A stretch of DNA of 64,000 nt from Euryarchaeota archaeon UBA552 (GCA_002499585.1 DAMH01000027.1:138698-202697), one strand, 5' to 3'; numbered from the stretch's first letter, positions 53,997 through 63,763 are shown. The notes: generated from the sequence alone by a model not told the origin. Numbers and translations: made by a program.

Positions 53997-55190
53997 TCAA
54001 TTTAGGATTCCCCAAGCATGTTCCGCATTTCCCCTTATCCACTCATAATCTCTCAATCGTCTGATTTCTTGGCTGTCGATGATTTCCAGCTCTTCTACTT
54101 CCAACGGATATTCATTGTAGGTAAGATGGCTGGTTAAGCCTCCACGTGTAGGTTGATCGAAGGACCAATGCGCTCTGGATGTAGCCCTTACTTGCAAACT
54201 AACCCTCGTGTTATTATTCTTCAAATTGATGATGAACCTAGGAAGCTTATATCCATCTGAATCCCTTAATGCGTTATTTTCAGCAGGTTTGATCAATTTT
54301 ATCGACCCAGTTTCCAACATTTCTGTGGTGTCTCTCCGGCGATCGTGCAACAGACCTCTTGCGTTGCTGGGCCATCTGATAGTGTCCCTTTTCGACCACG
54401 GCCTTGAGTCCTTTTTTGTCATAGATCCAGATATGTGGGGTAAAAACCAATCAAGGTAGGTACCATCGTCAAAGTGAAGAAAGCCCCAAAACCAAGGCAC
54501 GCTGGGCGCTTGGACGGTGACCTTCTGAAAGTAGGCGCTCCCTAGCACCTCATGGCCGTCGATATTTACTCTAGCCTTCATGCTGTGAATCCTTAGAATA
54601 TCATATCCCATGTTCAGAGCATATACATTATTTGCGTATGTTGCTGTACTTGGTCTATGCCACCATGGAGTCATTTCAGCATAGAACGAATTCGGCATTC
54701 TAGGATCAGATTTGCTGTCTTTGCTGAAAGATAGCCACATTTTGCTCATATCTGAGGACATGCCGAATGAGAGGTCACTTTCGAGTATCGGTACGACTGC
54801 TCCGCCCCCTGAACCCTTTCCTTCCCCCGGCCATAGAGGGTGTTTGTCATCCAACGCTGCGATCCTGCACTCAGTCATTCTAGCTGGTTCAAACATATCC
54901 TCGCCATCGTACCACCACGCACAGACCATTCCTGGCAGAACATGGCCACGATAATCATCGATTGACATTCTAGATCCAGGTAGCCACCAATGGTCATTTA
55001 CCCTTACAGAGCGAGTCTCCTTTGTCGACCATAAAACCATCAGCTGACGGGACCTCTCTGGATGCACGGGATCTGGAAGGATGATGATAAACCACCACCA
55101 CCACCACGATAGTCTCTTGATTGGTGGAAGAATATCAAACCTCCAGAGTGAGGAAAGATCCCCCTCAAATCTCCTCATGACTCTAGTCAA
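53997..55190 (-). CDS. Trp-rich hypothetical protein (possibly tocopherol-cyclase/CrtC-like beta-barrel)
   Basis: The 397-aa ORF contains 'LSWWWWWFIIILPD' and 'GSAYFQKVTVQAPSVPWFWGFLHFDDGTYLDWF'. The latter is reminiscent of the ..EK.WG..FP..W.W.Q..F motif. The assignment is weak. There is a 4-nt overlap with the upstream permease gene. Confidence 0.7.
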   Translation of the reverse strand: MTRVMRRFEGDLSSLWRFDILPPIKRLSWWWWWFIIILPDPVHPERSRQLMVLWSTKETRSVRVNDHWWLPGSRMSIDDYRGHVLPGMVCAWWYDGEDMFEPARMTECRIAALDDKHPLWPGEGKGSGGGAVVPILESDLSFGMSSDMSKMWLSFSKDSKSDPRMPNSFYAEMTPWWHRPSTATYANNVYALNMGYDILRIHSMKARVNIDGHEVLGSAYFQKVTVQAPSVPWFWGFLHFDDGTYLDWFLPHISGSMTKKDSRPWSKRDTIRWPSNARGLLHDRRRDTTEMLETGSIKLIKPAENNALRDSDGYKLPRFIINLKNNNTRVSLQVRATSRAHWSFDQPTRGGLTSHLTYNEYPLEVEELEIIDSQEIRRLRDYEWIRGNAEHAWGILN

Positions 55191-56818
55191 TCTATCTCCC
55201 TCCGTTTGAAGATTGACTGTCCAATCAATATCGGAAGCAGAATAAAGGAAATCAAAACCGCAAGGCTGAGGCCTATTGCTAATGCTGGTGATCCTGTTCC
55301 CAAGGTATGTTTTGGAGGGCTCCAGAAAAACGCTAAGCCTGTGTCCAAATTGAAAGCAGTCGCCATTTGTGAGAGCATGATGGTATCAGACCATACTACC
55401 AAGACGATCGCATCTATCATCTGGAGAGCCCAGTGTGAAACTGAAAATATGGGGACAAGCTCCGCGCCGAACAGAGTCATAACTGCCATAGCGAACTCAT
55501 ACACTCCAAAAATAAGCGCGAAATAAACCCCATATCTCGGCGAAATGAGGCCCATTGCGTTGAATATAGAACCATATGCAGCTAGGGATAAGACAGTTAC
55601 AACACCTATGCCAAACCACATGTTCACATCACTGAAACGGTTACCATCAGGACCCAATGTTGAGGTGAGAACCGCCATCATGAGGGACATTGCGAGAACG
55701 AACCCTCCGGCGAAAATCAAGTAACCTGCCAATCTGTAAACAATGAATTCTCCTCTGTGTATTGGTTTAGACAATAAGTAATGCAAAGTCCCGTTCTCAC
55801 TCTCGTCCCGGATCAGCCCAAGGGCCAAGAACAGGGGAAGGAATATTCCTATGATCATGGAAAACGCGATTTTTCCGGTGATGATAATAAATGACCTATG
55901 GGAAGATTCGCCCATCAACTCAGAGTCGACAGGGTCTTCGTCCACCAAATAATCTGGGCGTATCTGTAACACTGACCCATCTGCCCCTCTGACCCATTGA
56001 ACATCACAGGGAATCCCATTTCTATTTGAGTCGTCATTCTCTCCGTACGAACTCTCATTATATTCACTCTGTGTACAGTCTCCATCGTCGTCAAAACCTT
56101 GACTGCTTGATGGGTTGTCGGGGTCCCAATCTATTCCGTCTTCATCGACATAATTTTGTGAGGGTTCGGGAGGAACATCAAATTTTTCAGTGGTGATTCC
56201 GTACGTCGCAAGCCACCCATCTGCGACCGATAGGGTTCCCTCGCCCTCAAATCTGAGAAATTGAACATATTTTAGGCCGTCCTCTATAGTGCATGAAAAT
56301 GGACCCCAACCATAAGGGGTGTTGATCATTTCATCGTCAATTTGGTCTGGACATTGCTGACCTGAATCAGGGAAAGAAGAATCAATATTGTCCCAATTAA
56401 GAGTGAAAATCGAGGGGCCCTCGACGTCCCATGTATGATTCCCGGTGTGGGTTCTGGGCCCTGAATAGTATATTTCTCCTGATGGGATGAACAATCCTGA
56501 TCCAGGATACTCTTCTCTATCAAAATCACTTGAGCCATACTTTTTCTCTTGCCCCAGTGGATAGCCATCGCCGTCGTTGTCAACAGAGTCGCCGTCGTTG
56601 TCTATCGACTCAAAACCCTGTCGAACAGAGTCTATGTAAAATGCAGACAATAGCGTCAGTAACAAAAATGAGATTCCAAATACCGTCCATGTAGACGTTT
56701 TATTTCTGAGTTGCTTGATTGTTAACTCAATGACAGCTCCGGCCTTCCTGTCTATGGCTGTCCACACAGTCGTTGATAATCGCCTTCCCTCAGAGTCCTC
56801 GGGATCGCCGAAGGTCAT
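55187..56818 (-). CDS. ABC-2-type permease with a ~245-aa acidic extracellular domain carrying calcium-binding-like DxDxDG repeats
   Basis: An N-terminal TM helix is followed by an ectodomain containing 'IDNDGDSVDNDGDGYP' and 'DEDGIDWDPDN ... FDDDGDC ... NDDSNRNGIPCD'. Five or six C-terminal TM helices follow. Confidence 0.75.
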   Translation of the reverse strand: MTFGDPEDSEGRRLSTTVWTAIDRKAGAVIELTIKQLRNKTSTWTVFGISFLLLTLLSAFYIDSVRQGFESIDNDGDSVDNDGDGYPLGQEKKYGSSDFDREEYPGSGLFIPSGEIYYSGPRTHTGNHTWDVEGPSIFTLNWDNIDSSFPDSGQQCPDQIDDEMINTPYGWGPFSCTIEDGLKYVQFLRFEGEGTLSVADGWLATYGITTEKFDVPPEPSQNYVDEDGIDWDPDNPSSSQGFDDDGDCTQSEYNESSYGENDDSNRNGIPCDVQWVRGADGSVLQIRPDYLVDEDPVDSELMGESSHRSFIIITGKIAFSMIIGIFLPLFLALGLIRDESENGTLHYLLSKPIHRGEFIVYRLAGYLIFAGGFVLAMSLMMAVLTSTLGPDGNRFSDVNMWFGIGVVTVLSLAAYGSIFNAMGLISPRYGVYFALIFGVYEFAMAVMTLFGAELVPIFSVSHWALQMIDAIVLVVWSDTIMLSQMATAFNLDTGLAFFWSPPKHTLGTGSPALAIGLSLAVLISFILLPILIGQSIFKRREID

Positions 56819-57750
56819 TTAGAGTCACCAACCAGATAACCTAGTAGAGATTCGAGATTGTCATCAGGATTCTCAATCGAATGAATTGGAATTCCAGATT
56901 TGATTATCAAAGAGGGCAAAATCTCATGGGCTTGAGAGAGGTCTTTTGTCATTATTTCTAGGCTCTCTGTATCGATGAACCTAACCCCGTAGACAGGTTC
57001 TTTGTCGATGAAACTTGCTGCCAATGCTCTCGAGTTCTCACACCTTATCAGGATCCGGTGAGGATGCTTATCCAGCATTGCTCTGATGGCGTGTAGGTTT
57101 CCGAGAGCGACCAGTCTGCCTGAATGCAGAATCACTATCTGTTCGGTAATTCTCTCTATCTCCTCCAAGATATGACTTGAGACAAGAACCGTTTTTCCCA
57201 TTGAGCCCATTTCTCGGATTACGTTCATTATGCTCGTGCGGGCCAGCGGATCGCAACCATGTAGTGGCTCATCCAGAACAAGCAGGTCCGGATTATGGAC
57301 AAGAGCAGCTGCTATCTTCACACGTTGCCTCATTCCTTTGCTATATTTGCCGATTTCTTTGTTGGCTACATTGTCCAAATCAACGAAACTTAATGCCCTT
57401 TCAGCCTTTTTCTCTGCTTCATAACGCGTCATGCCATGTAACCTAGCCAGCGTTGAAACAAAATCCATCGAGGTCATCCAATCATACATTTTTTCTGATT
57501 CGCTGACATATCCTACCCTGCGATAGGGGGATGTTGAATCCCATGGATTTGTTCCGAACAACCTGACTGCACCCCTATTTGGCCTCAACCTACCCATCAG
57601 GAGTTTGAAAAGTGTTGATTTTCCTGCGCCATTCATTCCAAGGATTCCAGTAACGCCTCCGTCTATTGCCAATGATACATCGTTAATTCCTATTACTTGT
57701 CCATACCATTTGGATACATGGTCCAAGGTTACTGCTGGAGGAGCGCTCAC
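56815..57750 (-). CDS. ABC transporter ATP-binding protein (ABC-2 subfamily)
   Basis: Walker A is GMNGAGKST, the signature is YSKGMRQR and Walker B is LLVLDEPLHGCD. Confidence 0.9.
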   Translation of the reverse strand: MSAPPAVTLDHVSKWYGQVIGINDVSLAIDGGVTGILGMNGAGKSTLFKLLMGRLRPNRGAVRLFGTNPWDSTSPYRRVGYVSESEKMYDWMTSMDFVSTLARLHGMTRYEAEKKAERALSFVDLDNVANKEIGKYSKGMRQRVKIAAALVHNPDLLVLDEPLHGCDPLARTSIMNVIREMGSMGKTVLVSSHILEEIERITEQIVILHSGRLVALGNLHAIRAMLDKHPHRILIRCENSRALAASFIDKEPVYGVRFIDTESLEIMTKDLSQAHEILPSLIIKSGIPIHSIENPDDNLESLLGYLVGDSK

Positions 57751-58754
57751 TCTCTAGTCACCTCCAAGGATGCTACTCTGCTGGCGAATACAGCTAGAGA
57801 TGCCAAATTCATCAGAATCAATGATACAGCTGAAACGGCCAAGGGGTGATTATAGTTGGGGGGCAGGCCCACAAGCCATTGACCCACGTGTGCAAGGCAG
57901 TCGTAGGGGCTCAAGAGGTAAATGTAGGTTGTCTCAAACTGGATCTCGATCAGCCATGCGACGATTTTCGATCCTAGCACGAGGCCTAGAAAGGAGACTG
58001 ATGCGGTGAACCTGCTAGTGCTTATGCTTGAAAGTGCGATTCCAATAGAAGTGTAGGTGAAAACTAGGAGTATCCCTGCAGTCAAACCCCCCATAAAGAT
58101 GGGGATTGTGTCAGCTATATACGACCATCCTTCTCCCTTGAATACGACAGCAGCCGAGTAGTACATTATGTAGGTCAACAGGATTACCGCCCCCAAGACT
58201 GAAGCAGCACTGAGCCATTTCATGGAGGCGTAGTCCAACCTCGAAATAGGTCTGGAGAAGTATATCGCACTCGTACCATTCTTTCTGTCGTCGGAAACGA
58301 GTCCGCCCACAACGAGTGCTGTTAGTAGCGGCCACATGCAAAGATTTCGTGGAAAGTAACCGAGGATGTTGCCCCACAGATTGTATCTGTTGACACCCCA
58401 CATCCTGTTCAAGAATCCGCTTGCGTCCCCGCTGAACATAGAAGAAAGCAGTAACATTAGAATCGGTGTCATTGAACCAAGTATTACCACAAGTAATGTC
58501 AACCTGACAAACGGATGATATCGTCTGTGGCCCGATCCAGTGACTATTCCGTAGACGTGATGTCGGTATATGGCGTAGTTCCGCACCCATCTCGGACCAA
58601 GGGTTCCATTCCATGGACGGTAAATTTGTTCGAATATCTGGCCTTTTGGGGCTGAAGCTACTGTGGCAGTAGAGGTATTGTCCCCGTCACCTGATCCGTA
58701 TGCTGCTTCGATCCTCGTCTCTCCGAGGGGCATATCGCCATCGACTTCAGTCAT
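57747..58754 (-). CDS. ABC-2-type permease
   Basis: The 335-aa polytopic membrane protein sits between two ABC ATPase genes with 4-nt overlaps. Confidence 0.75.
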   Translation of the reverse strand: MTEVDGDMPLGETRIEAAYGSGDGDNTSTATVASAPKGQIFEQIYRPWNGTLGPRWVRNYAIYRHHVYGIVTGSGHRRYHPFVRLTLLVVILGSMTPILMLLLSSMFSGDASGFLNRMWGVNRYNLWGNILGYFPRNLCMWPLLTALVVGGLVSDDRKNGTSAIYFSRPISRLDYASMKWLSAASVLGAVILLTYIMYYSAAVVFKGEGWSYIADTIPIFMGGLTAGILLVFTYTSIGIALSSISTSRFTASVSFLGLVLGSKIVAWLIEIQFETTYIYLLSPYDCLAHVGQWLVGLPPNYNHPLAVSAVSLILMNLASLAVFASRVASLEVTRE

Positions 58755-58757
58755 CAG

Positions 58758-59702
58758 TCAGACTCCCTCCAGATCAGAAGAGGCCTTTGCACTTTGACCC
58801 AATCGTTGCATTATCAACAGGAATATATCCTCAAGATCAGGCTCGTATTCCTTCAGCACTCGGACTTGAGCCCCTGTTGATGACGCCCCCTGTAGAATTG
58901 CGTGGATTGTCTCATCGCCCTTGTGCTCTACCCTCATGATTCTCCCCATCCTCCGAACCCTGTGTCCGTTCATCAGAAGCCATTCCTCCAGTTTTGTTGC
59001 TCCGCCCCAAACAGATATCTCGATTTCTCTGGTGATTTGGTTTGCTAATTCCTCTATCCTCCCCTGAATGACCACCTTCCCTTCAGAGAGCATGACCACA
59101 TTTTCGCAGACCCCCTGTATGTCTTCCATTACATGACTGGTCATGATAACGGTCCCACCTCCTTCGGAGATGGTCCTCTTCAGCGTATCCAACATGAACT
59201 GTCTCGCTGATGCGTCCAGACCATTAGTTGGTTCGTCGCAGAAGAGTATTTCTGGATCGTGAACAATGGAGCAGGCCAATTTTGTCGCCTGCCTCATTCC
59301 TGTTGAGAACGTCTCTATTTTCCGATATCTTTGGTCTTCCAATCCGACATACTGCAGGACCTCATGTGACCTTTGCGTCGCATGATCGGGGCGCATTCCA
59401 AGCAATTCGCCAGCATACCTAACCTGATCGACCGCTGTCAGGCCGGGATCGAGACAGTCGTATTCAGCCATATAGCCTATTTTTGAACGGATTTCAGGAC
59501 CCATTGTCACAATATTCCTTCCCAGAACACTCCCTCCGCCTTCAGTGATTCTGATCAGCCCGAGTATACACTTGAATAACGTCGATTTACCTGATCCATT
59601 TGGGCCAAGGATTCCTACACCCCCGGTTCCCAGCTTGAGGTTGATTCCATCTAGAGCGACATGTGGCCCGTACATCTTGCGAAGATTATGGATCTCTATC
59701 AC
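58758..59702 (-). CDS. ABC transporter ATP-binding protein (ABC-2 subfamily)
   Basis: Walker A is GPNGSGKST, the signature is FSTGMRQA and Walker B is ILFCDEPTNGLD. Confidence 0.9.
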   Translation of the reverse strand: MIEIHNLRKMYGPHVALDGINLKLGTGGVGILGPNGSGKSTLFKCILGLIRITEGGGSVLGRNIVTMGPEIRSKIGYMAEYDCLDPGLTAVDQVRYAGELLGMRPDHATQRSHEVLQYVGLEDQRYRKIETFSTGMRQATKLACSIVHDPEILFCDEPTNGLDASARQFMLDTLKRTISEGGGTVIMTSHVMEDIQGVCENVVMLSEGKVVIQGRIEELANQITREIEISVWGGATKLEEWLLMNGHRVRRMGRIMRVEHKGDETIHAILQGASSTGAQVRVLKEYEPDLEDIFLLIMQRLGQSAKASSDLEGV

Positions 59703-59779
59703 TGGTTTGGTTATGGCATCACCTCTTTGATTTCTAGCCTATTCGTCGTTAGATCTATCAATCAATCCCCCATATGTAG

Positions 59780-61912
59780 CTACTTTTTTTCAAGAATTCC
59801 TTCCCTTATTCTCACAGCAACACCTTTTTTCAAAACTGCCATCTCTTCCGATGTTGAATTTGATGTGCCATGTGCAACAAAGTTACCCTCTAGGTCCATT
59901 ACGATACACGGCTGCCCGACTGTCAGCCAACTGTCAGCATGTTCAATAAAACCGTGCATGACGTTCCTTCCAGCACCCACGAAGGGCACAGCATCAGAGT
60001 GGAGGGTGACGCTCGGCACCCCCGGATGGTCAGTATTATTGCGTTGAGACTGGCTTTTCTTTGATTTTCCAACATGCTTTGATCTAAGTGAATGGAGTGC
60101 TTTGGCGCCCTCCAACGCAAGAGATATACCTCCGTCATTTAGCCTGGGAGAAAAAAGATGTTTGCCGTCCTTAAACACATTCACAGGCCTACCAGTGTTT
60201 GAGTGCCTTGTGTCGGTCCCTTCTGTCAACACACAACCATCTAGTGGATTAACCCCACAGAGTATTGAAAGCTTGTCCACCAATGAACAGCGCTCTATCC
60301 ATGACCTGATTCTTTGATTTTTTTCGTAGTCAGTGTTGGATGGCCCATAATAACTGACATTTATGCCTTGAAGGCCTATTTTCTTCAAACTTCGAAGTAT
60401 GGTTTTTTCCTCGGATTTCATGAATTCGATATCTTCACCGCCCTCGACCCTGCACCAGGGAGAGAGGTCCTCAAGTGAATAAGGAAGTAGACCCATAGGG
60501 GTATCAACAAAAATAATTGTCCTTGGTTCAAGACTCAGAATATTCTGTACAACTTGGCCGTGTGAGATCCTCCAGGGAGGGTTGCCACCTTGGAGAATGG
60601 CAATTTCTTTGGGAGGGCCCGAAGAACCATCGGACCAAGATCCTGGCATCCTCCATCTTTGTTCCATCAACAAGCGCGCATGCCGTATGTGGGGCCTGTT
60701 GTATATATCAGAACTGAATGGTTCCGAGGATGGCCTTACGGGGTTAGTTGCCATGACAATGGTATTTATTCTTGAAGAAATTGGGCTGCTGTCTTCTAGT
60801 TTCATCGATTCCGATACCTTCTCAAATGCAGCTCTGAGGTAAGGGGATGAATGACTCCTCCTTTCAGCGAGGACCCATATTGATCCATTCCTCACTGCTT
60901 CTCTGCATCTGGCTAGCTCTCTCTGAGTAACCTCGAGGTTATGTTTTGCCAACAAGGCTGTCCTATCAGATTTTTCCATTTCCCTAACATCGTTGGGTGT
61001 GAGGTTTGAGATCTGTCGGGAATGCGTCGGCCACTCAACGAGTGTATCGATCCTGTGAGTCCCCTCTTCTGAAAGAATCCGCCCGTCTTTGGCAAACAGT
61101 GCATATGCGGCAGAGTCGAACAAGTCCGCGCCGAGTGCTATGCACATTGGGAACAACATGGGATGGCCGCATCCAAAAATGTGCATGGGACGGCTTGATG
61201 GCAGTTCTGATGATGAGGCGAGTATAATTGTAAATAGATCGGAGTACCTCTGGGATTCCATCAGAGGGACTATTCCGCCAATTGGATGCACAGAGAATCC
61301 CCTCCCCAAGTGTGTCGTGTTAGACATCATGTTAGCAGACTGTGCTCTGAGGTCTTCGTGTAAGCCACCTTGGATGGGCCCGTTCAGAAGTATTTCTCCC
61401 CCTGCCTCTCTGAGAGAGTCTTCTGCCCGGTCCGCTGTCAGTTGAACTGCGGACGATATTTCTTCTCTTGACATATCTGGCCTGCCAAAGACATCGAGCA
61501 TGGTACCAATGTCCACACCGATCTCTCGTTGGAATCTCACGATTTCATCGACCTTTACCTCAACATCTCCGTACACATAGGACTGGAATGTCCCTGAGTC
61601 AGTCATTATGACCCCTGGAAAATCAAGGAGGCTATGGACGCCTTCTTCCATCGCTCTTTTTCTTAGGTCGTCGTGTTTCCATATGACATACGAATTAGTT
61701 ATGAGGGCCTGATAACCGAAATCCTCCAACATACGCCTTGGTTTCACAGTCAGAATGTTCGGATTTACGACGGGGAGTAGCGTCGGAGTCCTCAATATTC
61801 CATGTTTAGTGTGAAGTTTTCCGAGCCTTGCACAACCATCTCTATGAGTCATCTCAAATTTGCCGAAATCTTGGGGGCGGCAGGGTGTTAAATCTGATGT
61901 ATCCATTTTCAC
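59780..61912 (-). CDS. tgtA: Archaeosine tRNA-guanine transglycosylase (ArcTGT) with C-terminal PUA-type domains
   Basis: Motifs include 'DSGTFQSYVYG', 'GPIQGGLHEDLR' and 'MHIFGCGHPMLFPMCIALGADLFDSAAYALFAKDGR'. The C-terminal PUA-like segment reads 'VGAGRNVMHGFIEHADSWLTVGQPCIVMDLEGNFVAHG'. Confidence 0.9.
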   Translation of the reverse strand: MKMDTSDLTPCRPQDFGKFEMTHRDGCARLGKLHTKHGILRTPTLLPVVNPNILTVKPRRMLEDFGYQALITNSYVIWKHDDLRKRAMEEGVHSLLDFPGVIMTDSGTFQSYVYGDVEVKVDEIVRFQREIGVDIGTMLDVFGRPDMSREEISSAVQLTADRAEDSLREAGGEILLNGPIQGGLHEDLRAQSANMMSNTTHLGRGFSVHPIGGIVPLMESQRYSDLFTIILASSSELPSSRPMHIFGCGHPMLFPMCIALGADLFDSAAYALFAKDGRILSEEGTHRIDTLVEWPTHSRQISNLTPNDVREMEKSDRTALLAKHNLEVTQRELARCREAVRNGSIWVLAERRSHSSPYLRAAFEKVSESMKLEDSSPISSRINTIVMATNPVRPSSEPFSSDIYNRPHIRHARLLMEQRWRMPGSWSDGSSGPPKEIAILQGGNPPWRISHGQVVQNILSLEPRTIIFVDTPMGLLPYSLEDLSPWCRVEGGEDIEFMKSEEKTILRSLKKIGLQGINVSYYGPSNTDYEKNQRIRSWIERCSLVDKLSILCGVNPLDGCVLTEGTDTRHSNTGRPVNVFKDGKHLFSPRLNDGGISLALEGAKALHSLRSKHVGKSKKSQSQRNNTDHPGVPSVTLHSDAVPFVGAGRNVMHGFIEHADSWLTVGQPCIVMDLEGNFVAHGTSNSTSEEMAVLKKGVAVRIREGILEKK

Positions 61913-61922
61913 ACCGGCCTTG

Positions 61923-63662
61923 TCACTCTGATTTTCTTTCTATTATTTCGACACGCACGACCCCGTCATTGAGTCTCATTCTGACAAGATCGCCTGTGTT
62001 TATTTGCAAGGTTGGGTCGATGTCAAAGCCGTGTCCATACGGAATGGCCTGTATTGATGCCGCTGGCAGTGATAATGGACAAACATCCCTGTTGAGTATG
62101 CCCACTGGCCCTACTCCCTGATAGCACAATCCCATCAAGACATATGGAGCGACTGTGGATCCGGAACCTTTTGGATACACGACGATTTTTCCTCCGATAG
62201 TCTGACCTTCCAAGGGGTGTCCAGGTTCCGTCACTTCGCCGGTTGAAGGATCCACATACCCAAGATAGGTTATGGGTACATCAGTTGAAATTGCCCTTGC
62301 AGTTACATCGTATGAGTTTTGACTCGGAAGTCCGGTGCCGGACATCACAATGGCTGAATTCTTCGGCCTCTCGGTCGGAGGAGGCAAGACATGGCCAGAC
62401 TTGGTTAGCACTGGCCTAGGGCCCTCTGACAACTTTGGGTCGAAGGCATGCGCCACGCATACTGATATGTTTGCAACGCTTGTAGGCATCGAGTTCAAAC
62501 CACTGGTAAGGTAGTGCTCGGCCTTCATTGAGTTTGTCAATATGTGATTGTACAATTTCCTGTTGTATGGTGTCACCTCCGGGCAGGTATCTTTGAGAAC
62601 CAGAGCCCCTGCTTCTTCTAGAATATCCAAAGTCCCATCTGTGCTGAGTGTATCGTGTATGGTTCGAGATGTGAAAATCCACAGTCTGTTCTCCGGTATT
62701 CTCAGTCCTAGCTCCATCCTGCCCCTGACTTCAGCGACAACAGACCGTATCTCCCCGATACTGGCTTGCGGGCAGCCGATTACTACGAGGTCAACGGTGC
62801 CTTTTGGCCCAAGTCTTTGATAACTCTCTTCTAGGTCCAGTGAAGTGAATGACAATTCCCCTTGATAGTTCACCTCATTTGGGATCCTGGTTGTGCCTTC
62901 AACCCATAACATGGGACATCCGAAATTTGCCGCTGCTGCTGTTAGTGCCTTTCTCATCTCAAAGGACAGTTCGCTGGGGAGCCCTGATATCACTGGCATT
63001 GGGCCATAAGGCATGTCCCATTGCGATTTCAATTGACCACCGATCCAATCACCCAAAATAGAGAAATCAGTTGAGTTGTTCAAATCACATTCTATCCTCA
63101 CGTGCATGTTGGGAACCCGATTGGCACTAAGGTGAAGTCCCCAGAGAGGGGCCCACCCTGTCAACGCAGTTGCGAGTGCAGAGAGGCCAGACTCCCTGTT
63201 AGTAGCCAGTTTTGTGTAGGTGTTGGCGTAACAAACCGCGTTTGACTCAGCCCAACATCCTATCCCCTCGGGAGTTTCTAACGGGCTGTCATACGGAGTA
63301 CATGAAAGTGTGGCGTCAATACCCATATTCCAGTATGAGGTGACAATCTCGGCCTGCAATTTCAAAAAGTCAGGAAAGTCAATTCCCATTTTTTCTATCT
63401 GCGATGAATCGCAGCCCGCGGAATTCAATGATGTGGGAATAGCCACCCTCGCTTCAGGATCTGATGCAAGGTCGGCCAAAAAGCGGCGTAAGCCAATCCC
63501 TCCAGTGATAACTGAAACTCCGGAAACATGTGCGTTCACCGCCCTTGTGAAGTTTTTTGCACCTGCGATGAATCCTAAATCTGTCACCAGCCTTGCAGCT
63601 TTCTGCTTTGCAGGACCGTGTTCTCCCTCCAGCATTGAATCGAGCTCGAAGGGCACCTCCAT
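61923..63662 (-). CDS. Aconitase X (AcnX) family dehydratase with large (DUF521) and small (DUF126) modules fused
   Basis: The N-terminal ~400 aa contain 'NAHVSGVS' and 'ATLSCTPY', plus 'LKDTCPEV'. The C-terminal ~130 aa contain 'GKIVVYPKGSGSTVAPYVLMGLCYQGVGPVGILN'. Confidence 0.8.
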   Translation of the reverse strand: MEVPFELDSMLEGEHGPAKQKAARLVTDLGFIAGAKNFTRAVNAHVSGVSVITGGIGLRRFLADLASDPEARVAIPTSLNSAGCDSSQIEKMGIDFPDFLKLQAEIVTSYWNMGIDATLSCTPYDSPLETPEGIGCWAESNAVCYANTYTKLATNRESGLSALATALTGWAPLWGLHLSANRVPNMHVRIECDLNNSTDFSILGDWIGGQLKSQWDMPYGPMPVISGLPSELSFEMRKALTAAAANFGCPMLWVEGTTRIPNEVNYQGELSFTSLDLEESYQRLGPKGTVDLVVIGCPQASIGEIRSVVAEVRGRMELGLRIPENRLWIFTSRTIHDTLSTDGTLDILEEAGALVLKDTCPEVTPYNRKLYNHILTNSMKAEHYLTSGLNSMPTSVANISVCVAHAFDPKLSEGPRPVLTKSGHVLPPPTERPKNSAIVMSGTGLPSQNSYDVTARAISTDVPITYLGYVDPSTGEVTEPGHPLEGQTIGGKIVVYPKGSGSTVAPYVLMGLCYQGVGPVGILNRDVCPLSLPAASIQAIPYGHGFDIDPTLQINTGDLVRMRLNDGVVRVEIIERKSE

Positions 63663-63763
63663 GCCCTGCTGTGTGGGGGGAAGGAGATGAACCTAGGGTC
63701 GTAAGGGGCCGTACGAGCCTTCATGTGGCGGGGTTGTGACGGTAGCCCATGCTCCAAGAAGGA

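Noticed and set aside
58111-58614. 167-aa ORF in an alternative frame of the ABC-2 permease gene
   Set aside because: It is on the same strand but out of frame with a polytopic permease ORF that fits the operon. Its Arg/Cys-rich composition is not protein-like.
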